Shown: one piece after another, positions 13,051 to 28,084 of the stretch
How the letters are laid out: each line of letters begins with the position of its first letter
Numbering within the stretch: the stretch's first letter is position 1
Assembly (NCBI GenBank): GCA_013265495.1
Contig: MU058791.1
Coordinates: 436,001-500,000 of the forward strand
Direction of reading: 5' to 3'
DNA length: 64,000 bases
From: Vicugna vicugna
Taxonomy: Eukaryota
Translations under genes and position numbers: made by a program
Notes under the pieces: generated by a model
What the model was told of the DNA's origin: nothing
The model's input: only the letters and a program-made list of their open reading frames with translations
The model's database searches: none

Positions 13051-16000
13051 ACGTGCCTTAGAATGAAGGGACACGTGCAGCCGTCCAGGTGAGCGCACAT
13101 TCTTTCCCATGAACGCCTAACCCCAGGACAGAGTGGCAGGTGTCCTTCAAGATGGGAAACTGAAGCATAGAAACACAATAAATGCAGATGCACTGGTGCA
13201 GAGCCCAGCCTGGAATCCTGTCCTCTGGCTCAGTGCTGGTCAAGGGTGAGAGATGCTGGTGCCACTATGTGTGCACAATCTAATCATTTTAAAGCCCGCA
13301 TGGAAGTTCAGCTCTCTCCCATTAGATCACCTAATTTCTTTTAGACTCCATTCCTCTCAAGACCTTATCACACTGCCCAGCCTGTCTAGCAGAGTGGAGC
13401 TTGAAGTCAGTCCCCCAGCCCTGTGACCTCCTTTCATGAGCTGCTTGGGAAAAGCCATGATATTAAAAGAAGTCTTCACTACTTCTGACCATGACTGGCT
13501 CTCGTGTGTCAGAGCCTCTTCCTCCCCATCATGACACGCATCAAGTTCAAGTCAAATGCCTTTCTCTGTGGTGGCCTCCAGGAGGCGAGGCCAGCCAGCA
13601 GGGGCAACAGATAACCCTTAGACAAAGCCATAGGCTGGCTGATTAATCTAAATCCCGGCACCCGTTTCCCCTCCCTTACTTCTCACTTAGTTACAGATGA
13701 TGCTCTGCAGCTCTCCTGCTCCCGCATCCTTACACCTGCTGCTTTATTCTTAGAGAACAACGTGAAGGCATATTCTCACAGCACCACTAGCCCCGGCAAT
13801 TTCTTGACCCGGCTGTATCTTTCCCCTTCTTTTTGTCTGCACCTTCCCTGTCATTTGACTGTTGAAAGTAATAATTCTTTCCTTGGATACTTTTGAGTTT
13901 TATTTAGAGTAAGTTCAGTATTTTCAGAGTCTGATTTAGACCGAGTTAACTCAGCCCCATCTTGCCCTGACCTTGTCTGAATCTGATCATCGTCCTTAGG
14001 AAGGCAGCTGAGACTGGCGTTACGTCTGTGGCTTGTGTCTACGCTCAACCCCCCGGAGGACAGGTGTGCCGTGGGGACAGGGCCCAGGTGGGCTTTTTTC
14101 ACCCCTAAACCCAGTGCCTGAAATGGGATGCAACCCATTAAATGATGGAATAAAGAGAAACCCCACCACCCTGGTTCTGGACCCCTGGCTCTCAGTTTCC
14201 AGCATGGATGGCTGCTCCTTCCACCTTGGGCTTCCCCCTCTGAGTGTGTCCCTGTCCTTGTCCCACTGAGTGTGGTCAGCCCTGAAGTACTGAGAAGAGT
14301 GGTCCTCAGGCATCCACACAGGTGAACAAGTCACCTCGAACGTGAACGTGGTAACACAGTGAGATTCCCCGTCTCCCGTCTCCCATTGCACAGACTGTTC
14401 TCAGCACATCCTTGGATGCAGGAAAAGGGAAAATTCCTTTTCTGTTTTACTAGAGCCCGAGGATGGGTTACCACGGCCCCCACCCCCACAAGCCACTGTC
14501 CTCGTTTCCAGTTACACTTGGCTAAGCCCTTTTTCCCCTCTCTCCCTCTTCAGTAAGGAAAATGGGCAACTTAATTGTTTTAAAAACAACATGAAAGGTC
14601 TCTGAAATTCTTCTTTTCTTCTTTTTGTAATCTCTGGAGTTCTTCCCTTTACCAGGAATCCTTGCTCTAAATCAATATAAAGCAGCTCGGTTTCTAGAAG
14701 ACATTTCCCACCAAGTGGAATTTTCCACCGTGGGTTGGTAGTGAATCTCAAAGCAGTAAATTCAATTATTTAAAATTTTGAACCTACTGTTTTACTAAAG
14801 AGCGTGGGTTCAGCCTGGAGCTCAGAAGGAGGGAACATCTGTCCGCAGATACCTCCAGTAGCTTGTGGGACGCTCTGCAGGGGCTGCTGGTTTACATGGA
14901 GATAAATTCTGTTTACTGGTGTAAATTAAACAGGCTGATGGGATACTGTTTCTATGGGGAATAATCAAGAAAATGGAATGAATGGCCCCCAAGATCTGAC
15001 CAGGAAGGAAGTTCTGAGAGATCATTTAACAGAGTATCTTTTCTGCTGTTTAGCCCTAAAACTAGTCATTCTGAAATCTCTTTGAGGAAAACTTTTAAAA
15101 GGAAAGCAGCATGAATTACAGACATCCACACACAGAGAATTAGGGCTAATTCTGCCTCTTTTATCCCCCAAATTCATGTCGGAAATAATTTGCTTAAGGA
15201 CATGTATTTAACAATCGATCTCACCTGTACCTAATACAGTCCCTCCCAAAGTTCATTTGTCACCCTTTCTGTCTTTTCCTGTACCTATTCACTGAAAATA
15301 TTTGAGGCAGCTAAGTTTATTTTTAAATCAGTTGTCTGAATTTGGAAAACATTTTCTTATAGAAAAAGCGGTGTGTGTATTGAGAAGGTTGGGTGTAGTT
15401 GAATCTCCATTTAGTGAACAATCAGGAAGTTCTGCTCCTTGCAAATCCAGGCTAGAGGTGTCTCCCTGCCCTCCAGCTGCACGAAGCCTAGGGCTCGACT
15501 GTGGGCCATTGCTACATAAAGGGGTGTGTAAGGAACAGTGGGGGCGTGCAGGAGCTAGTGTGTTATAGGATTTTGGTGACTGGACCTGGGAACCCAGCTG
15601 TCATGCCCAACGCATGTCACCCAGGTTGAGCTGCCCTCACCCCACTCTATTCTCTCCCCCTCTGAAAGGCTGACTTCAGCCCAGCCTACAGGGCAGGCAG
15701 GAGGTTGGACCTGCCACCTTTCTTGTATTCATCCCTTCAACACCTCCCAGTGGATGGGTCTCTACTGCGACTGATGGCCACTGATGGCCCCCAGGGACCA
15801 GGCCTTGAAATGAATGGGAGGAACACATGTGTCCTGTCCACTTGAATCTTTCCCTCATGTTATGGCTGTGCCAGGAAACTAAGCCCTTCCCTGCTCTGCC
15901 TGGGGGCCGATGGCATCACAGACAACCACAGTGCCTTAGAATGACTGCTCTCTTTGTTATTAACTCCAATTAAGTTATTTCGACTCAAAGCCTCCCTCTA

Positions 16001-19000
16001 TTCGAAGGTGTGGGGGTGGCCAGAGCCATTGCCAACCTCCCACTCCGCACGAGTCGTGATGGGTACAGTGGGAAGAGAACATTATTTCTCCTTGATTAAG
16101 AAGTTCTTCAGCATCTGCTGACGGTGCCGGGGGAGAGATGGAATGGTGGTGGCGGTACAGAGGACCCTTATCACCTTCCCAGGTTCCAAATGGACTGGGC
16201 TCTGGGCCTCCTCTGTTGTCTGAAAGTTTGTAAATTGGATGCTGTGACTTTTTGGAATTACAGCTGAATTGTTGCCCAACTGGTATAAGATGGATGACAT
16301 AACGTGAGGGAGTTTGGCTGGTTCTCAAAGGGAAAAGTGGTCTCTGAAAAGATGAGAGAGAAGGGGATTCTCCCAGCACCACCTGCTACTCCAGAGCTGA
16401 AAGGGGTCAAGGGCACATAGGCAGAGGACTGAAACCCCCGGTGGCAACAGGTTGGCTAGACAGTGGCGGCAGCGGCAGGGCCTGGGAGGAGACGGGGAGG
16501 GAAACATCCCTGCTGATCTCGGGGGTCCTTAGTGACCTGGTCAGCGTATCGAGGCCGTCTCAAACGGTCAGGAGGGTTTTGAATCGTGCCTGAGATTTTT
16601 TTTTTTCAAGAATTACTATGAGATAAGAAGTTAGCTATTTAAAGCTAGCGGGGGTTAGGATGTAGGTGGGATTGTTGAAACAATGTCCCAAAAAACACTT
16701 GGTTCCAGGAATCCTATCACAAGAGAGATTAGAATGCAGGCCGTGTGTGTGTGCGCCGTGATACCATTTTTAAAATATTTCAAGTTGGTGAGAATTTTAT
16801 TTCAAGTCAGTTTGCTTTTTGTCTTTTTAATCATGACATTGCACGTTTGGCTTCACCCCTGGATGCGTTTCAGATGCAATTAAGAACCTCATCTCATGGC
16901 AAATGGTTGGCCTGCCTCCAGTCAGTTAACAAATGTTTCTATTTCGTTGTTGTTGCTCCAGATAAGATACAACACCAAAAAGAACAAGAAATGTTTGGCA
17001 CAAGTCCGCAGTTTCACCCCCAGTGTGGATACCCTGGTGTTTGTTAAATCATTTAGAATTTTCCCCTAAATCAGAAATCTTTTTATTAAATAATCATATA
17101 CTTGATGTTAGAAAGTTTACCATTTAAACAAAAATCTTATATTTAAAAAAATTATCTCAGTGTTATCTGTGGCTTCAAGACCCTAAATGTCCAGAGTAAA
17201 TCCAAGTTCCAAGTTGCATCAAAATCAGTGACTTGCTTTTCAAGCATCTACAGTCCATCTTCTGATTCTCCAAAATGCTGGCGAATGTGCCAGACAGACT
17301 GAAGGCAAAGGGCTTCACACACCAGTGCCCCTAGGTGTGTGGATTTTAGGAGGGAAACCGTGTTCTTTATTCTTTGTTTGCTGAACAATGGATGGTGGCC
17401 AAGACTTTCTGCTTTCTAACAGCTGATGACAAAGAGGAGGATTTCTTTTTTTTTTAAAGAATCCTTCCTCCCACATCCGCAGAACAAACTGTGAGGCTGG
17501 AGAGCTCAGGAGAACGCTGAGGATTGGCTCTTCCTAGATACTTGCTTTACAGGGGCCGAGTCTTACCCTCCAGGCCCCCTCCATACGTCGTGCCTCGGGG
17601 GACCAATCGGCCCCATCTTTGCTCATAAGCCACAGTATCAGCTGTCAAAGGTGCTGACAGCTTCCTTCCCCAAGCTCCTTCCCCGTGTGTCTGTCACTGT
17701 CGCCAGGTACGTGATGTTAGTTTGTGCTTTAAGTCCTGTGCTGAGTCCCGAGTGCCTTGATACCCTCTGACACTTGGCTCCATGGAGTGTTTGGGCCGAA
17801 CTGTCTCCCCAGCTCCGCATAGAACCCTGCAGACCCCATGATGCGGGAGCCAGGGCCTCGGCCCCCAGGTTGGTGTGGTGCTCCTGCCTTCTGCTCTCTG
17901 CTTTGCTGGGAGGTGGAGCTGGGGCAGATGTTGCTCTGTGAGCCTTCTCTGCCTCTTCTGAGCTTTCTATCAGGCCATGAGGATGACCCTGCAGGCTCAG
18001 AAACGTGCTCCTTGCAGAAACAGTCACCTCCCACTATCTGTGACGTGTGGCTGCTCAGAGCAGAACGTCGGCTCCGAGAGCACCTGCCTCCTAAATCAGC
18101 CAGTTACTGTGGCAAATGGCTCCCTTTGGTCAGCTGCTGTCATAGAAGCATCGAGAAGAATGCTCCTAGCAGTTACAGGGGAAAGGAGGCACCGAAGCAG
18201 GCAGCCCGCTCCCCGTTGTCCGAGGCCCCTCTTCAGAGTGGGGGTTCCCTGGCCTTGTAGCTCTCTCTTCTTTTGCTACTGCATTGAGGGCAAACAAAGC
18301 AAAGATAAGATGTACAGATTTATTTATTTTGTTCTTGTTAAATTAAAAAAAACAAAAGCCTGATGGGATGTTTAGAGGAACTGGAGCTGAAACCTAAAAT
18401 GAGATTTGGGGACTATCTGTGGATTGTATCTCTTGCCACCAGAACCAGAAACATCCAACAACAGTTTGTATACGTCCATGTTCTTGCTCCGGAAGGTACT
18501 CATCTGCCACAGAATGAGGGGATTTCCCTGTTAGTTTTTCTGCGAAAAGGCTCTTCTTGCAGAAACTCTCACCTTAATAGTCAGGAGACTCCAGTAGAAG
18601 GGGCTGGCACAGGGTGAGACTGAGTTACTCTCAGCCCGAGCTGGTCCATGTCTTCTGTGTGGTGTCCGCAAAGGCACTTCTCTCGGCCCATTTGCCTTAT
18701 TGATCAGATGTAGGTAACGGTGGTTGTCAGAACTGCTGAAAAGATGGCAGTAAGAAGGCTTATGAATGACCCAGACCATGGCAGGCACCTAATTCGGGTC
18801 AGGTCAGGGCGGCAGCGTAGAGGCCTGCTGACACCTGGGTCCTGTGGGTGGGTCACTTGACCTGAGTCCCTGCACACCCTCGCCTGGAACTTGGGAATCG
18901 TGATGGTGACGGTAACTCAGCTGTTCACCAAGAGCAGTTGTGATGAGTTGCTGCCTTCCAACTCACCCAACTCAGCCTCTGCCAAGTGCCTTGTAAGCTC

Positions 19001-19680
19001 TTACGTTACTACCTCTGCCTTCTTCAATTTTCCGGGAAGTCCATGCTAGACACTTCAATCAGACGTATTTGCATGGAAAGGAGATTTTACTTCTGAAGAT
19101 TTCCTGTGTTTCTTGTGTTTATTTACTCTTTACACAAATATGTGTGGCAGACACTGCTGGGCGCCGGACACCGGGTGGAAGTCCAGCCCTGGGCGCTGGC
19201 CACAGGCCAGGAGTGGGAAGTGTGGGAAGAGTGCAAAAGGAGCCCCAGCCCTGGACGGATGATGCCTGATGAGCAGTGGGTTAGGACCGGGGAAGTGAGA
19301 TTAAATAGCAGTTTTCCTGTTTCACAGATGAGAAAACAAGATGGCAGTACTGATGGATGATCTCCCTCAAACCTTAGAGCAGGAACTCAGAGCAGGCCTA
19401 ACGCAGGAGCCGAGGGACCAGATTTTAGGTCTAACCTTGATTTGAAGCTCCAGGAAGGCAGAGGGCGGGGGCTTCAGTCTCTTGTCCCTGCAGCACCTAG
19501 GAAGGCTCTACACCTGGGCCGGAGATGCTTCCTTGAATTGATTCGAGGTGAAGTCACACCCCAGGCCCCGAGCTGAGTAATGCCCTCCTCTCTCTCTCTC
19601 TCTGGTCTGAGCTGTAGCGCTTAGCCGGGCATGAAACAGCCTCCTGCGAAATGTTTGTTGATTGACTGATAACCTCCAGT

Positions 19681-19713
19681 CACACACACACACACACACG
19701 GACACACACACAC
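19681..19713 (+). repeat. Interrupted (CA)n tract
   Basis: Direct reading; ~180 nt upstream of exon 6. Confidence 0.9.
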
Positions 19714-19810
19714 AGATACTCACTTTTTTCTAGTTAGAAAAGCCGACAGATACATCAGATTGTATCCGTCTCCTCTGTTGGTAGAATCATGGGAAGTTCA
19801 GCCCGAGTAG

Positions 19811-19969
<159 letters not shown>

Positions 19970-20004
19970 TAAGTATGGCTTGCCGCCTTGGCTTCGTTAT
20001 CCCT

Positions 20005-21375
20005 TTTATTATTATTTTTTTAATTGTAGCAAAATGCACATTTAACTTGGCACACAGAATTTACCATTTTAACGATTTTTAAGAGTACAATTCCGTGGCA
20101 TCAAGCGTACCCACACCGTCAGCACCAGCCATCTCCAGAACTTCATCTTCGCAAACTGGAACCTGTCCGTATCCAACACTCTCCCCGAGCCCCTGCCCCC
20201 AGTCCCTGGTAACCGCCATTCTGCTTTCTGTCTCTATGAATTTGACTTCTCTCAGTGTTTCACATAAGTGGAATCATCAAGTATCTGTCCTTTTTTGCCT
20301 GTTTTTTTTTCATTTAGCAGAATGTCCTCAAGGTTCATCCATGTTGTAGCATGTTCAGAATTCCATCCTTTTTTTGAGGCTGAATTATATTCCATCACGT
20401 GTGTAGACTAACTTCTGTTGATGCATTCATCCATCCATGGGCGCTTGGATTGGCTCTACATTTTGGCTCTTGTGAATAATGCTGTGATGATCACAGGTGT
20501 GCAAGTATCTGTTTGAGTCCTGCTTTCAGTGTTTTTGGCTGTAGATCCAGAAAGGGAATTGCTGGGTCATATAGTAATTCTATGTTTAACTGCTTGAGGA
20601 CCTGTCATACCATTTTCCAAAGCAATGCCACCATTTTACATTCCCAACAATGACTGCCCGGGGTCCAGTTTCTCTACATCCTTGCTAACACTTCTTTTCC
20701 ATTTTTTGGTAATGGCTGTCCTTAGTGTGAAACAGTATCTCATTGTGGGTTTGATTGGCATTTATCTTTTTTTTTCTTTTTGGCCCTCTACATTTTTTTT
20801 TTAATTAAAGTATAGTCAGTTATAATGTGTTAATTTCTGGTGGACAGCACAATGTCCCAGTCATGCATATATATATGTATATTCATTTTCATATTCTTTT
20901 TCATTAAAGGTTATTACAGGATACTGAATGTAGTTCCCTGTGCTACACAGAAGAAATTTGGGGTTTTTTAAATCTTTTTTTATATATAGTGGTTAACATT
21001 TGCAAATCTCAAACTCCTAAATTTATCCCTTCCCACCCCCTTTCCCCAGTAACCATAAGACTGTTTACTATGTTTGTGAGTCTGTTTCTGTTTTGTAGAT
21101 GACTTCATTAGTATCCTCTTTCCTTCATTTTTTTTTTTAAGATTCCACATATGAGTGATATCATATGGTATTTGCTTTCTCTGTCTGGCTTACCTCACTT
21201 ACATGATGATCTCTAGGTCCATCCATGTTTCTGCCAATGGCATGATTTCATTCTTTTTTATGGCTGAGTAGTATTCCATTGTATACATAAACCACAACTT
21301 CTTTATCCAGTCCTATGTCAATGGATGATTGGCATTTATCTTATGGCCAGTGATGCTGAGCATCCTTTCATGCAT
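20005..21375 (-). mobile_element. Old L1M (L1MB-like) 3' fragment, split by a younger L1
   Basis: Typical L1M 3'UTR/ORF2-end antisense text (ggtaaccgccattctgctttctgtctctatgaatttgac; ccattttacattcccaac); resumes at 21326. Confidence 0.8.
20769..21325 (-). mobile_element. Younger 5'-truncated L1
   Basis: Poly(T) head, L1 3'UTR and ORF2 end; perfect 17-bp TSD tgattggcatttatctt (20752-20768 and 21326-21342). Confidence 0.9.
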
Positions 21376-22149
21376 CACCTCGGCTTTTCTGGAGATACAA
21401 CCCTCTCTGAAAATATGACATCTCCAACACTTATCACAATAAGAAAAATGTGATCAAAACCAAAATTTAGCCTTTGAATTCCCCCATTTCTTATCTCCAT
21501 GACCCAGGAAATGCCATCATAGGTCAAAGGCTTGTTGCAGTTATTTTCAGATGATCAATTTGGGTGTTTTCGTTGTTATGTTCTGTTTTGCTGTAAAGTC
21601 CACTGTAAAGTTATTTTGAAGTTACATTTTTTTTTTTTGCAATGATACTTTGAAAGACTTTCTTTGGAACATGCTTTTGGGGTGAGTTTAGGCTGAGTGT
21701 CTGTAATGGATAGGAAGTGAATTTCTCCTCCTTATCCTCCCCAAGGAAGGGAACGTTTCGTAACTGATAGAGCCCGCTGTGCACAGTGAGAGGCTGTGAA
21801 GGATTGTGATTGGAGTCTGCCGGTGGCATCCTCAGGGAAGGCTGGAAATGCACCCCCCCATGTTGGTTTTGTCTCATTATCTGGGAAGCAAATGGTTTTT
21901 CTACAGCTTGTGTTCATCTGGGCAGGTTTTACAGCAAGGCATAGATCCAGCTGACAGCTCCCGCAGATTCCTGCCGTTCTCGCGGGAGAATTTATCCATT
22001 ATCATATACTTGGCCTGAAGGGCTCCCACTTATGGAATTAGGGAAAGGCCAGATTCATCTGAGCCACAAAACTAACATATTGCATTTATATAGTGCTTTT
22101 GGCTCCAAGGCTTGCTGACCACCTTCTGCAGTAGTTTCTTCCTTTGTGT

Positions 22150-22275
22150 GGGGGGAGGTGGGTTCTAGACCCTTTTAAGAATCTAATGAAAGCTCTGGGC
22201 CCTCTTCCCCAGTAAGTTCACACACGTACAGTTTTGCATACCATACTTGTGGGTCCTGGGTGAGCAGACACTGGC
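22150..22275. mobile_element. hAT-Charlie-type relic (MER103-like)
   Basis: gacccttttaagaatctaatgaaagct...ccctcttcccc...ttttgcatac motif. Confidence 0.45.
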
Positions 22276-22572
22276 CACGGGCCCTACGTTATTTACTTGG
22301 CTCCCTGAGCCCTCAACTGCAATTGTTATCCTTGCCCAACTTGAGTGTGAAAGACTTAGAGAAATGATCTGGCCTTCTACTTACTTGTGTCTTGACATCT
22401 GTTCTGAATCTTGAACCGCTGCGCTGGTCTGCGCTAATGTCTGTAGATTCTTTCTATATGTGTAATTTATATTTAATTATCTCCCTGAAGTCTTGGCGTC
22501 GGGACAGGATGTATCAGGGTGGCCATGAGGAGGTGCTGCATTATTGGGACAAGCAGCTTAAAACTGAGCAGT

Positions 22573-22670
22573 GCCTTAGTCAGCTCATGCTGCTCTAACG
22601 CAATACCATGGCCTGGTGGCTTAGCCAGCTGACATTTATTTCTCACAGTTCTGGAGGCTGGAAGTCCAGC
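22573..22670. mobile_element. MaLR (MLT1-like) LTR fragment
   Basis: ccttagtcagctc..gctgct..catttatttctcacagttctggaggctggaagtcc. Confidence 0.7.
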
Positions 22671-25600
22671 TGTCCCACGGAGACCAGGGCAGAGCCCCTC
22701 GTTCCTCGTGTCACCTATAATGGGAAAGCTGTTAGCCTCTGTCATTGTTTGGAGTGCAGCCTGATTATCTTCCTTTGATAAACCTGTCACGCTGAGGTAT
22801 CAGATTACAGCAACAGTAGCCGTGGCAGGCACCACATTTTCCCCTCTCCGCATGCCATGCAGACATTCTTCATTTTGTCAGTGCAGATCCTTGATGAATT
22901 GGTTCTCTTTTGATCTCCACACTCATTTCTGTTATCCATCACTTGGAAGGAGAAATATTTTTTCCTGTCAAGGATGCTCATTTTTTAAAAACACTTTGAC
23001 GGGCCCTTACCCTGCCAGGACTCTTCCTTTGGGGATCAGGACTGGCAAAAAACATCTTTGCCTGCAGCTTAAGCTACTGGGAAGGAATGAGGATGGAGTG
23101 GGCTGGACACTGTGATGAGTGTGTGGGTGTCTAGTCTGATGAGGTTGACTCAGCCAAGAAATACATTTGCCTCATCAAGATGAGGAGCAGCGCCATGTGA
23201 ACCGAACTGGATTTTGTGATCCGGTAGGCTGCCTTTCTACTCGCAACTTCAAGGAGATTCTTTAATGATCACTTGCCTAAATTATGCCCAGGGATACAAC
23301 ATGTTGTGGAGAGAAACACAGTGAATGTCTGCAGACCGAAAAACAAAGAAAGATCTTATGGAGAAGAGGGTGTTAGGGCAGGCTGGATGGCTAGGGTGGA
23401 CTTGCCACGGGCGGTGAGGACACTTACCCATGCCATGCCCTCTGACCTCTCTGCCTAGAAGACACCCCAGGCAAATACTTACACTGATCCCCTCACTTTG
23501 TGACTGGCCTCCTGTGCTGTTCAGCTTTTAAAACGATGTCACATAAGTTGACCCAGTAGACACAGCGTAATTAGCTTTGGAAGAGTGGAATCAGGAATGT
23601 CTAATCTGCATACTTCTGTCCGTTTTCTGAGACAAAGGATGTCCTCACCACAGCAGTCACCATTACTTCAACCACTGGCAGCTGTCTTCTGTGGATACAT
23701 ATGTCCCAGGAAGACGGCGTGAACCCAGGTTTCAGCTGGAGAGAGTGTAGTGTCATCACGGAGCCCCAGTGAGGCAGCCACGCCTGGGGTACTATGATGG
23801 GGTTACTACTCGGTATGAGGGATGGCAACCCTAATAAGAATAATTATGTGGCGTTGTCAGCAGGCAGAAGTCATCTTCTTATTTTCATAAGCTGTGCAGA
23901 GTGGGACAGTGCCTCTTTGAGGCCACGGCCCACGGTCTGGCCTCTGGCTTTAGACATTGAGAAACAAAATTAGATCTGTTGCTTCATCTTGTTCAGATAA
24001 TCCCAGTGAACTGATTCACACTTGCCAGACTCAAAAGAGATTAAAGAACACACACACAACTGGAGTGCGCATTTACTAAGTCATCATGAGATGCGCGCCC
24101 TGCGAGGTCATTGAATATGCAGATCGTCAGACTAGCAAGTTATCTCCCCGTAGGAAATGCTCCAGGAGAAACCAAATTCAAAACAGCAGTTTCCTCCGTG
24201 AGTGAGGGACCAGAGCAGGGGAGTGGGATGGCTTCGGATGTCTCCATAGAGCCTGTCATGGGCTCCGGGTCACCTTCCCCCCCGAAGGGCGTTTCCATCA
24301 AGGGGCACAGCTCTTCACACTGGCTGGTCAGAGAGGCCACGTGCAGACGGTTCTTACACCTGCCTCTCCTTCCTCCTGCCTTGAAGACCGGCCACCACCG
24401 TGCTCTTCCTGTGCCACTCCAGCATCATTGTTTTTGTTTCAGCCAGCACTGATGGTTATAATTCCCAGGTTCACTGATTCTGCTTCACCGACCGCATTTC
24501 ATTGTGGCTCCTTTCTGAGGATCTTCACGCACCCTTCACCCCTACCCCGCATAGTTTCTACTGAGTGGATCCTGTGGTGCCTCAGTGCCTTTTGTTTACA
24601 AGGACTGCTTGACCTCATTTCTGCTTCGTGCATGGGCCCATGATCCTCTCTTTGCTGCTTTGGGAGAAAACTTAGCTGTCTGTTGACAACTGGTTCACCT
24701 CTAACCCTTTAGGAAAGAGCCAAACATAAAATACTCTCTGGTTTCAAAAAACTGGTACAGGGATGTCCACAGCAGTGAGGGGAGGAAGTTTTACAAGCAG
24801 CGCCAATGAGGTTAAAACATTCTGTGTTTTAGATGGTGGTGGGAGCAGCTTCCTCCAGGGACTTCAGGGAAGGGCAGATCCACCCACATCTGCACCTTTG
24901 TCTCTGCAGAGGCCCTGACTGGGACGGTGCCCAGAGGGAGAAGCAGGAATGGCGTGCCTCCTCCATCGCTTTTACACACGGAAAACCGTGTGGCTTTGGG
25001 CCAAATGGAGAAAACACTTTACTTCCTCTGCTTTCTTATTTCATATAAGCATCTTCTCCTGGAGACTGTCACTTAAGTAGCAGCTAAATGCTTCGGGATA
25101 TGAAGCCTGGAGAAGGGAAGGCAGGGGTTGACATTCATTCACTTAAGTAACATTTATTGCGTCTAATATGTGTCAGGCAATATGATGGGGTGGCTGAGAC
25201 GGATTCATTACCACCCCGGCCAGGGAGGCGATTACTGTCTGCTGGAGGCGACAGACAGTAAACACATAACTTACTGCCCGGTCTTGCTGTCATCGAGATG
25301 GGAGGCAAGAGCTGGGGTTGCTTCCGGCGGGGGGGATGTGAACCCTTCCCAGGCCAGGAGGAAGGCTCCGTAAGAGCGGCGTGCAGTGATCTGGGCTCGG
25401 AAGGACTGCCTTCAGATGTCGGCAGGGCTGTCAGGCAGGAGAGACTGACAGTTTATCCTGCAAGACCCAATTATCTAAGGGTATGACGTGCTCGCTGTGT
25501 TTGATAAAATAGGTACCATTCAGCTTCAGACGTAATTTTGAAAACATAATTTGGAAGATTTGGTTCAGCTTTGAACTTCTGATACCCAACACTTGGTGAT

Positions 25601-28084
25601 GGGGAAACCAGAATTGCTGAATTATCAGAATGTTTAATTCACCTGGCAGCACACCCAGCAAGTGAAAGAACCAAAAGAGGCCCTTCTGATGTTTAAAAGC
25701 TTGGCCATCTGGATGCAGCACAGCAGCACAGAGGCTGGAGGGAGGCAGGGCGAGGAGAGGTGAAAGGACCAAAAGCTCTAATGACAAGAGTTGGGAGTTC
25801 AGACCACTGAGTCTGAGCAGCGTTTGCGACCGAGAGGAGCAGAGATGGGGGTGGGAATGGGAGAGGTACCAGCTCACACCAGCAAGTCGGGAAGCACTCG
25901 TGGAGGTGGTTCGGAAGGAGGGACGCGGCACCAGCATAGCTGCACCAGGGCTGGACCACAGCCGAGGCCCCTAGGAAGCGGGCTTCGGCCACCTTGCCAG
26001 GCTCTCACAGTGCGTTTCCAAGGATGACTGGAAATCGTTGTCTGTGCACCTCAGAGGATGAAAACAATTTCTAGTTGTCCTCAGACGTGCATTGTGAGAA
26101 GGCTGACAGAGGCCAGGGGACAAGCGAGAAGTGCAGTCAAAGGCCAACGGGATGGAGGTACCAGGGCATTTCCCCAGTGTGGCTGTTAGTCTGCACGGGT
26201 TCATAGCCGCTTACCGAGCAGCACGTGAGAGAGAGAAGGAATCTGGGGGGTTGGGAGACAGAGGAGGGAGGGAGGGAGGGAACAAGAACCCCACAGCCAA
26301 GAAAGCAACGTCTAGATGCAAAAGTGGAGTTGGAAATCCGCCCAGGGTTCAGAATCATCAGTTAACACTTGTGTTAATCACCTCCAGACTGGATGTCTGC
26401 ACCCCTCAGTGCTTCACTATAAAATCCATCACTTGTGAGAACTAATTTTAGCTGCTGAAAGTTTCGCCATGTTTCTCCTAACACAACAATTCCTGGCTGT
26501 TGGAAGCTCTCCTCACTCCTCCTCCTCCTCCCTGGCCGAGCCCTCCATCTAGTCAGCATGGGCTAAGTTGGAAGTACTTTTGCCTGACCTTCCTTGAGAG
26601 ATGTTGCACCTAAGGGAGGAGGCCCCAGGCCTCTGGACTAATCCTGCAGACTTCCTGGAGGCGCTGTCCATTTGACTGATGCAAGAATCAAAAAGTTAGA
26701 CACTTGAAAGTGGATCAGTAGATTGCAGTACAACAGCTTTGGACAATGTTATCCCCGGCCCACCCTTTACTGTGTACGGAATTTCTCTAAACTCTTTACT
26801 CCAAGTGGAGTATGCTGCTAACCTCTCGTGCTGGCGGAAGTGTTTGGTTTTCTTCCTCTCCCTGCACGGCTTCCTGTTGTGTACAAACGTTCTAAGGGAT
26901 GCACTTCCTTTCTTCCCTCCAATATCCCTTTCCTTCCTCCTCTAGAGCTTTCCCTGTCCTGCTTCCTCACTCTCAGCTTTCAAGGTATTATGCAAATCCC
27001 AAGGGTGACATGGGACATTTATCCATTGCATATTACCCACAGTGCTTTGCTGCGGTCAGCCTGCACATGGTTCTAACGTGTGAACCTTCCCTTGTCTCTT
27101 CCCAGTTTGCAAGGAGAAAGCTCTGGCTTGCACATCATCAAAGACAGAGTTGCTGGAATAATTGCATTACATTTTTGTCATCATTCAGGTTTCATTGTTC
27201 ATACTGGTCTATAAATCTGAATGAGAAGCTGAAACCTATTTTTTTCATAAGTGAGCCTTGCAGTGAAGTTCAAGGAATCTGTCACCTTAAAAAACTTGGC
27301 TTTATTTTATTTTAAAAAACCTGTCCTATTAACCAAGATGAAAACAACTCAGATTCCTCAGTGTGGGTCCCAGACATTCATTCAGTAAACACTTGTTGAA
27401 TACTCAGCGACAGCCAAGATGGAGGGGCAGATTGGAGTGGCTGTTGCATTATCCAGCAGACTCCAGTTTCCAGAGGAAGGACGCCCAGATTTGATTGATT
27501 TTGCGGGTGTTTTTCAGAGACCCATTGGGTTGGCCCAATGTGGCTTCTCGAGTTTACAGTATACGTGCAGGTTTGTTGTCTCTTCCTGGTCTACGTGCAT
27601 GCAAATATTCCTCCTTCACAGATGCGGCTCCGACCAGGTGTTCTCAGGAGAGCTTGAGCTACTCCTAGAATTGAGGTCTCCTTGGCTAAATGCTTGGAAA
27701 TACACAAAAACGAAGTTTGCAGAGCAATTTCCAGACCTCCAGACCTCACAGCCTTAACAGTGTGCAAAATGAGGACCGGAGGCGGCACCCCTCTGCTTCC
27801 CCTCTGTAGCAGTTTAGAAGTTCAGGTCAGGATGTGTGGTCCTTCATGGATGATTCTGAGACTTGGCACAACATTTTTAAATATGTTGCTTCGTTTTTGT
27901 GTCTGGCACGTAGGACCCTGGGCTGAGTCCCTCAGGACTCCTCTGCTCCTCTCCCCCCTTGTCTTGTTCTTCCCAATGGTGAGCAGTGTCCCACTGCACC
28001 ATATTTCAGTGGAAGGACCCTGAAAGGTTAGATGGAGTTGGTGGGATGGAAAAGGGACGTGGTGGGTAAGGGCGGGAGCGGGTA

